53,399 bases of DNA from Chromera velia (Eukaryota). The translations under genes were made by a program, and so were the position numbers. The notes beneath the pieces are model-generated. The model saw only the letters and a list, made by a program, of their open reading frames with translations. It was not told the DNA's origin and ran no database searches. Position 1 is the first letter of the stretch. Each line of letters starts with the position of its first letter. The stretch lies in NCBI GenBank assembly GCA_018398765.1, contig JAHBMJ010000193.1, forward strand, positions 1 through 53,399, written 5' to 3'. Shown here in pieces: positions 48,237 through 53,399 of the stretch.

Positions 48237-49115
48237 CACTTTTTCTTCTCTTCAAACAGACTTACAAGATGAGTAAGCTCTTCATCTTTCATGAAGACGG
48301 TTTCATTCTTTTTATGCGCATGCTAAATATAAAAAAACATAGAAGAAAGTGGGACGTTATCGACGTGAATCTTTTTAGGCTTTCTGTTTCGGCCTAACTG
48401 CCAAAGGAGAGAGAAAGCGCGCATGTCAGCTAAGTTGGTCGAAGCCTTATCGGACTCAGGATATGACATTATATGCACAGCAATCCGGTACAGTTCATTT
48501 AGGTCCCTTTCTTCATCTTCGACGACGTGTGCAATCGCTTGCAACCCTGAGGGCTCAAAAGCTTTCTTCTTGTCATTCCATGACAAAATCTTCACCACCT
48601 TGGAAACGTACTAACTCAGTTTTCTCTCCAAGCCCTCACCCTCATCATACTGGTACGCCACGAGTTGTCCCACCATGATAGAATACTCGCCTTTCCGAAT
48701 CAATGCCTGACTGTGGGATTTCGCACACACTCTCACCCCCCGATCGTTTGACAACTTCTCTTGATATAAGAGAGCACAAACCGTACTCAACCGCATCATA
48801 CCGCGGTTTGGTACTTTAAAGAAGACAACCCCAGTTACCCTCCCTTGCTTCTCTTCAGGTGTTGTCACCGCTCGTGCAAAGACAGAAAGGAACTGTTCTT
48901 ATGCTGCGTCTTCTGTTTGAATCTGCTTCCACAAACTTTTGAGTTCTTCTCCCTCTGGTGTGTCATCTAACTTAATGGGGATCTCTATATCCATCACCAA
49001 CCACTCATCATCTTCAATGCCCCCCCCTTTTTCCAACGTTTTCCCTCTACCTCTCACAGTCCTTTTCTAACATTTTCCAGTCGGATTAGTGGACAAACTT
49101 TTAAATATTTTCATC
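48237..49115 (-). pseudogene. Decayed ORF of unknown (probably mobile-element) protein between two identical 23-bp palindrome-containing repeats
   Basis: ORF pieces 48868-48611 and 48598-48323 are in the same frame, separated by TAG stops, and continue as HAHKKNETVFMKDEELTHLVSLFEEKKK. There is an upstream protein-like segment (IEDDEWLVMDIEIPIKLDDTPEGEELKKFVE). Flanks gctagaacctaggttctaggaac at 48056-48078 and 49183-49205. Confidence 0.5.
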
Positions 49116-50643
49116 GTGTTCAATGTTTCATAACTGGTTTTGGACGGGTTTTTTGGGGTTCTTGGAGGATCAGACTGAGAAGGCTAGAACCTAGGTTCTA
49201 GGAACCTAAGAACCTCGAGGTGGAGATGTATAGTTTTTAAGCTCGAACTGAGTAAGAACCTTCAACCAATACTCTAAAAGTGTCATTGTTTTGTTTTTTA
49301 AAACTTCTTTTGCTTATAAAATAAGTTTAGAGTTTATTCTAAATGTTTTAGAGCTTAGATTACTACTACAAAGTCATTCAACGACCACATCTATATTTCC
49401 GAGTGCCTCCCCGTAGGCTTTACTGCCTTGAATGTCTGCCAGTATAAGATGCAGACCTGCTCGCTCTTGATGCTTTGCAGCTTCGGTTTGCCCGTTGGTG
49501 TGGTAATTTGTCTGCTCACAGCCTCTGCCTGCCCTCTCTTTGCATCCTTGGTCTTCTTCCGTGCAAAGCCCTTCTCTGCTCCCACGTGGCTAACTGGTGG
49601 CACTATCTTTCTATCACAACACACACTATTCCTGCAGCCATGTTGCATGCCTAGAAGAATAACTGCTGCCAACAATTCATAAGATCTATAGACAGGCTGC
49701 TTCTTTAGGCTGATTTGATTTCTGTCCGTTCGCTGAGGGTCGAGCCCGATCTGTCTTCCCAACGCGGGCAGAATGGTCATAGGGCATAAGGCACCGGCTC
49801 ACTTTTCTTCAAGGGTAAGGTGAGACAGACAGTTGCAAAGGAATGCATGAAGGCTTCTGAGGATGATGGGCAATTTTCCTCTCACTTTCCCCTCCTTGCT
49901 AGACTCACCCCTCTGCAGCGCGACTTCCCATCCTCCCGCCGTATGTTTGTCTTCCTCTTGTGCAGCAAGTCATCCTCCAGTGTTCCTTCCATCTCTGCCC
50001 TTCCCCGTTCTGCCCTGTCGGTTACAGATGGCTCAATCTTTTCTTTTTTGCGCATGCTGACATATAACCAGATAGGTGGGCAAGGTGGGCTGCCTGTTGG
50101 TTGCTCTGATAAAAAGCTGTGCACCTATGAAACCTGCTGCCGGTGTCACCGTGTAGATGATTTTATTCATCGGCTGTCTGCCCCCGATGGACTGCCAAAC
50201 AAGACTTTTTACAGTGGTTAGTATTAATTCAATCAGACCGCTTCACTCGTTGTGACTCACCATTTGTATCCGCCTCCTTTTCTGATCTAGGGGTTCACAA
50301 GTTCATCACATCGCTCTTGCGCTCTCAACCCTCTCTTCTCTTTATGATTTCTCGCCATATTGTAGTAAATGATTGATTAGATTAAGTTTGAATAACTGTC
50401 GTCCACTTAGCTTGCAGCTGGCATAATTGAACAGACCCATGCATGTATACGCCGCCCGGGAGTTCTAACTCCACCTAGGGTTTGGCATCAATGAATCAAT
50501 CAATTAATCAATCAATCAATCTTTCTTTCCTATGGACATGGTAGTGGACATGACATGATATGACCGACTGACTAACATAATATCAGATAGACAGACAGAC
50601 TATATATTTCTTCTTCTTCTCCCTCCTTTTCTTCTTGAACACA

Positions 50644-50674
<31 letters not shown>

Positions 50675-50970
50675 CATATACAGACAGACAGACAGAGTCT
50701 TTTCTTCACTTCACTTTTTCCGAATTGCTTCCTTTCTTTCGGACGGACGGACAGACAGACAGACACATAGACAGACTATATCGTCTTTTCTTTACTTCAC
50801 TTTTTCCAAATCGTTTCCTTTCTTTTGGATGGACGGACAGACAGACACACAGACAGACAAAGAAAATAAACTTTGAAGCAACAGTGTCATATAAAGAACC
50901 CGTAGAAACACATATATGGACGTACACACTCTCTCTGTCTGTCTCTATCTCTCTCACATACATACATACA

Positions 50971-51018
<48 letters not shown>

Positions 51019-53013
51019 TACACACACACACATATACACATACATATACAGCAGCAGAAAAACAAAGTGAAGAGAAAATGAATTGTGCCACTAATGAAAA
51101 CAGGACTGACTGCTACGAGACGCAGGTTGTCCATCTGTTTCACCCGTCTGTTATAGCAGCCTCAGGCTGCAGCTCCCGGAGTGATGATCTGTATGCAGCC
51201 CCATGAAAAGAGAGGGAAATAATTTAAATCTAGTCAAAATCGACGTGCATTCTCATATGCACACTAGTATGTACAAAGTATGTTCTTGATAGACCATCAA
51301 GAGAATCAGACCATCATTCTTGAAAAGGGCAAGACTTTGAAGAAAATTGAAGGGCATAAAATTGAATTAAGGCGCAAAAAAATTCAGTGTAAGTCTGCAT
51401 GAGCATTTGTTATATGTGGGTACAATCGATTTTATGTACGCTTTCTAACCTGAGGACGTAGGTTGTTGTCGACGTTCGGTCTTCTGTTTCTCATCACTCT
51501 ATCCGCCACTGTTGTCTCCACTGTTGTTGGAAGGGCCCCAGAACCCTGTATTGGAGACAGATCAGAACAATTTGGATCGATTTGGTGTGTTACAGTACGT
51601 GGAACGGTGAGAGAGAGTGGGTGCATAGGCATGCAGATGAAATCACACGTGGGTCAAAGTCGAGTCAGCATGTCTTGCAGGGTCTGTTTGTATATGACAT
51701 TGTACATGTAGAATGTCAAGTGCCAGCATACGGGTTTGATATGCATTCATGCAATCTTTCTGTCTGTCTCCTTGCATGTCTCTTTTTCTTTAAATTTTTA
51801 TATATCTATCAAGTCTTCTGCCCTCTCTGCAAGACTCGGACTCTCTGCGCGTCTCTAAGCTTGTTTTTGTTTCTGTTTTAGTTTGCACATTCGTTAAGTT
51901 CCTTCTCCTCTCTCTACATCGATTTCTGCACCTATTTGCGCAGCGCATGAATTTTTGGCGCAAGTCCTAATATACTGTAGGGGAGGGTATAGATTCCGAG
52001 TCATTTAGCCGTTGGTCTTCATATAGCTGGCACAGCTGCACGCAAAGAAGCGAGTCGTTGTGGCAGATGCAGAATGTGACTACCTCCTGGAAACAAAAAA
52101 TGGGTGCATGAGTGCATGGACTCCGACTCCGAGGCTAGCTCCGAGGAAGAAAGGATGTCCAAGGGAAGACTCGAGGGGGAGAGGGGGAGGCCGGGAGTTA
52201 CACAGGCCTACCGCGGTGGACCACGCACCTGAATCAATGAAACGCTGAGCACCCTGGTCCCATTTTTGGACAGAGGGATAGAGAGGCGGGCAGGCATGTA
52301 AGCAGCATGTGCGCTCGGTATCCCTGTCTTTCTTCATTTCTTTTCTCCGATAAAGCAAACTCTCAAGCAGAAGATGTGTTCCCTCAAGAGACCTACCTAC
52401 TCCGATGCGTTTTTGAGATTCTTCTCAGCCTTCTCCCATATTTCAATAGACCGCATAAGGCAAGGATACTTTTGAAACTGAATCTCTTCAACCTTCATCA
52501 CAGAGTTTCAGATCGACAAAAGCAGACAAGTAGGCTGCCCGACCAACTGACGACTTGTTAATAGACCAGAAGACCAACTCATGGCAACAAAAAGAGAAAG
52601 GCTCAGACAACTGAAGACAGATAGGCAGGCTGACACATTGTTTTTACACTTTGTGCGCTCATTTTCTCTGTATTAAAACAAGATGAACAGCCACGGAAAT
52701 CTTGGAACCGATCCACTCACATGTTTGCCCACCTTCTGCTTCTAGAGCTCACCGAGCTCCTTCGCATACTCTTTTATGTGGTCGTGCTGCATTCAGATTA
52801 GAGGTAGGAACAGGAAGGAGGCGAATGCCAAGTATAATTGACGCACATGCCGATGGGCACTTTTAAAGGCAGCCTACTCCATGCGCAGACAGAGAAACTC
52901 ATATGGAAAGAATCAGGAGAGAAACAAACATAAAGGTAGACAGACGGACAGATAGAGATACAGACAACCAAGCTATATATTTTTTTTTTCTCTTTCAGAT
53001 AATATGAAACAGC

Positions 53014-53399
<386 letters not shown>

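Noticed and set aside
49391..52560. Several 60-130 aa ORFs, some Cys-rich or hydrophobic
   Set aside because: No recognisable family and no coherent exon chain. They may be decayed gene fragments but cannot be supported from sequence alone.

Overview
Eukaryotic genomic DNA with GT-AG introns, microsatellite-rich introns and N gaps. It is most likely a chromerid/apicomplexan-related alveolate (Chromera-like). This is inferred from TGCATGCA promoter clusters, a signal+transit-type leader on a bacterial-type RoxA enzyme, and E/G/K-rich protein insertions. Genes in order: 3' end of a Ty3/Gypsy chromovirus (integrase C-terminus, chromodomain, PPT, probable LTR); a prokaryote-type glucosylglycerate-synthase-like GT-A glycosyltransferase (-); CLN3/battenin (+); a very divergent multi-exon Argonaute/Piwi that keeps the MID guide-binding residues but has lost catalytic residues (+); WDR70-like (-); an orphan secreted protein (+); a RoxA/YcfD-type JmjC hydroxylase with bipartite leader (-); a second orphan secreted protein (-). 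Repeats: a 51-bp satellite interleaved with 68-bp TIR elements and a MITE, a long-inverted-repeat element carrying a small ORF, a decayed APE-RT LINE, and a decayed unknown ORF bracketed by perfect palindromes. The most notable signals are the slicer-dead Argonaute, an apparent C>T/G>A hypermutation (including non-CpG sites) concentrated in repeats, and the probable HGT-derived osmolyte synthase. Exon boundaries were placed by eye and no database searches were run.
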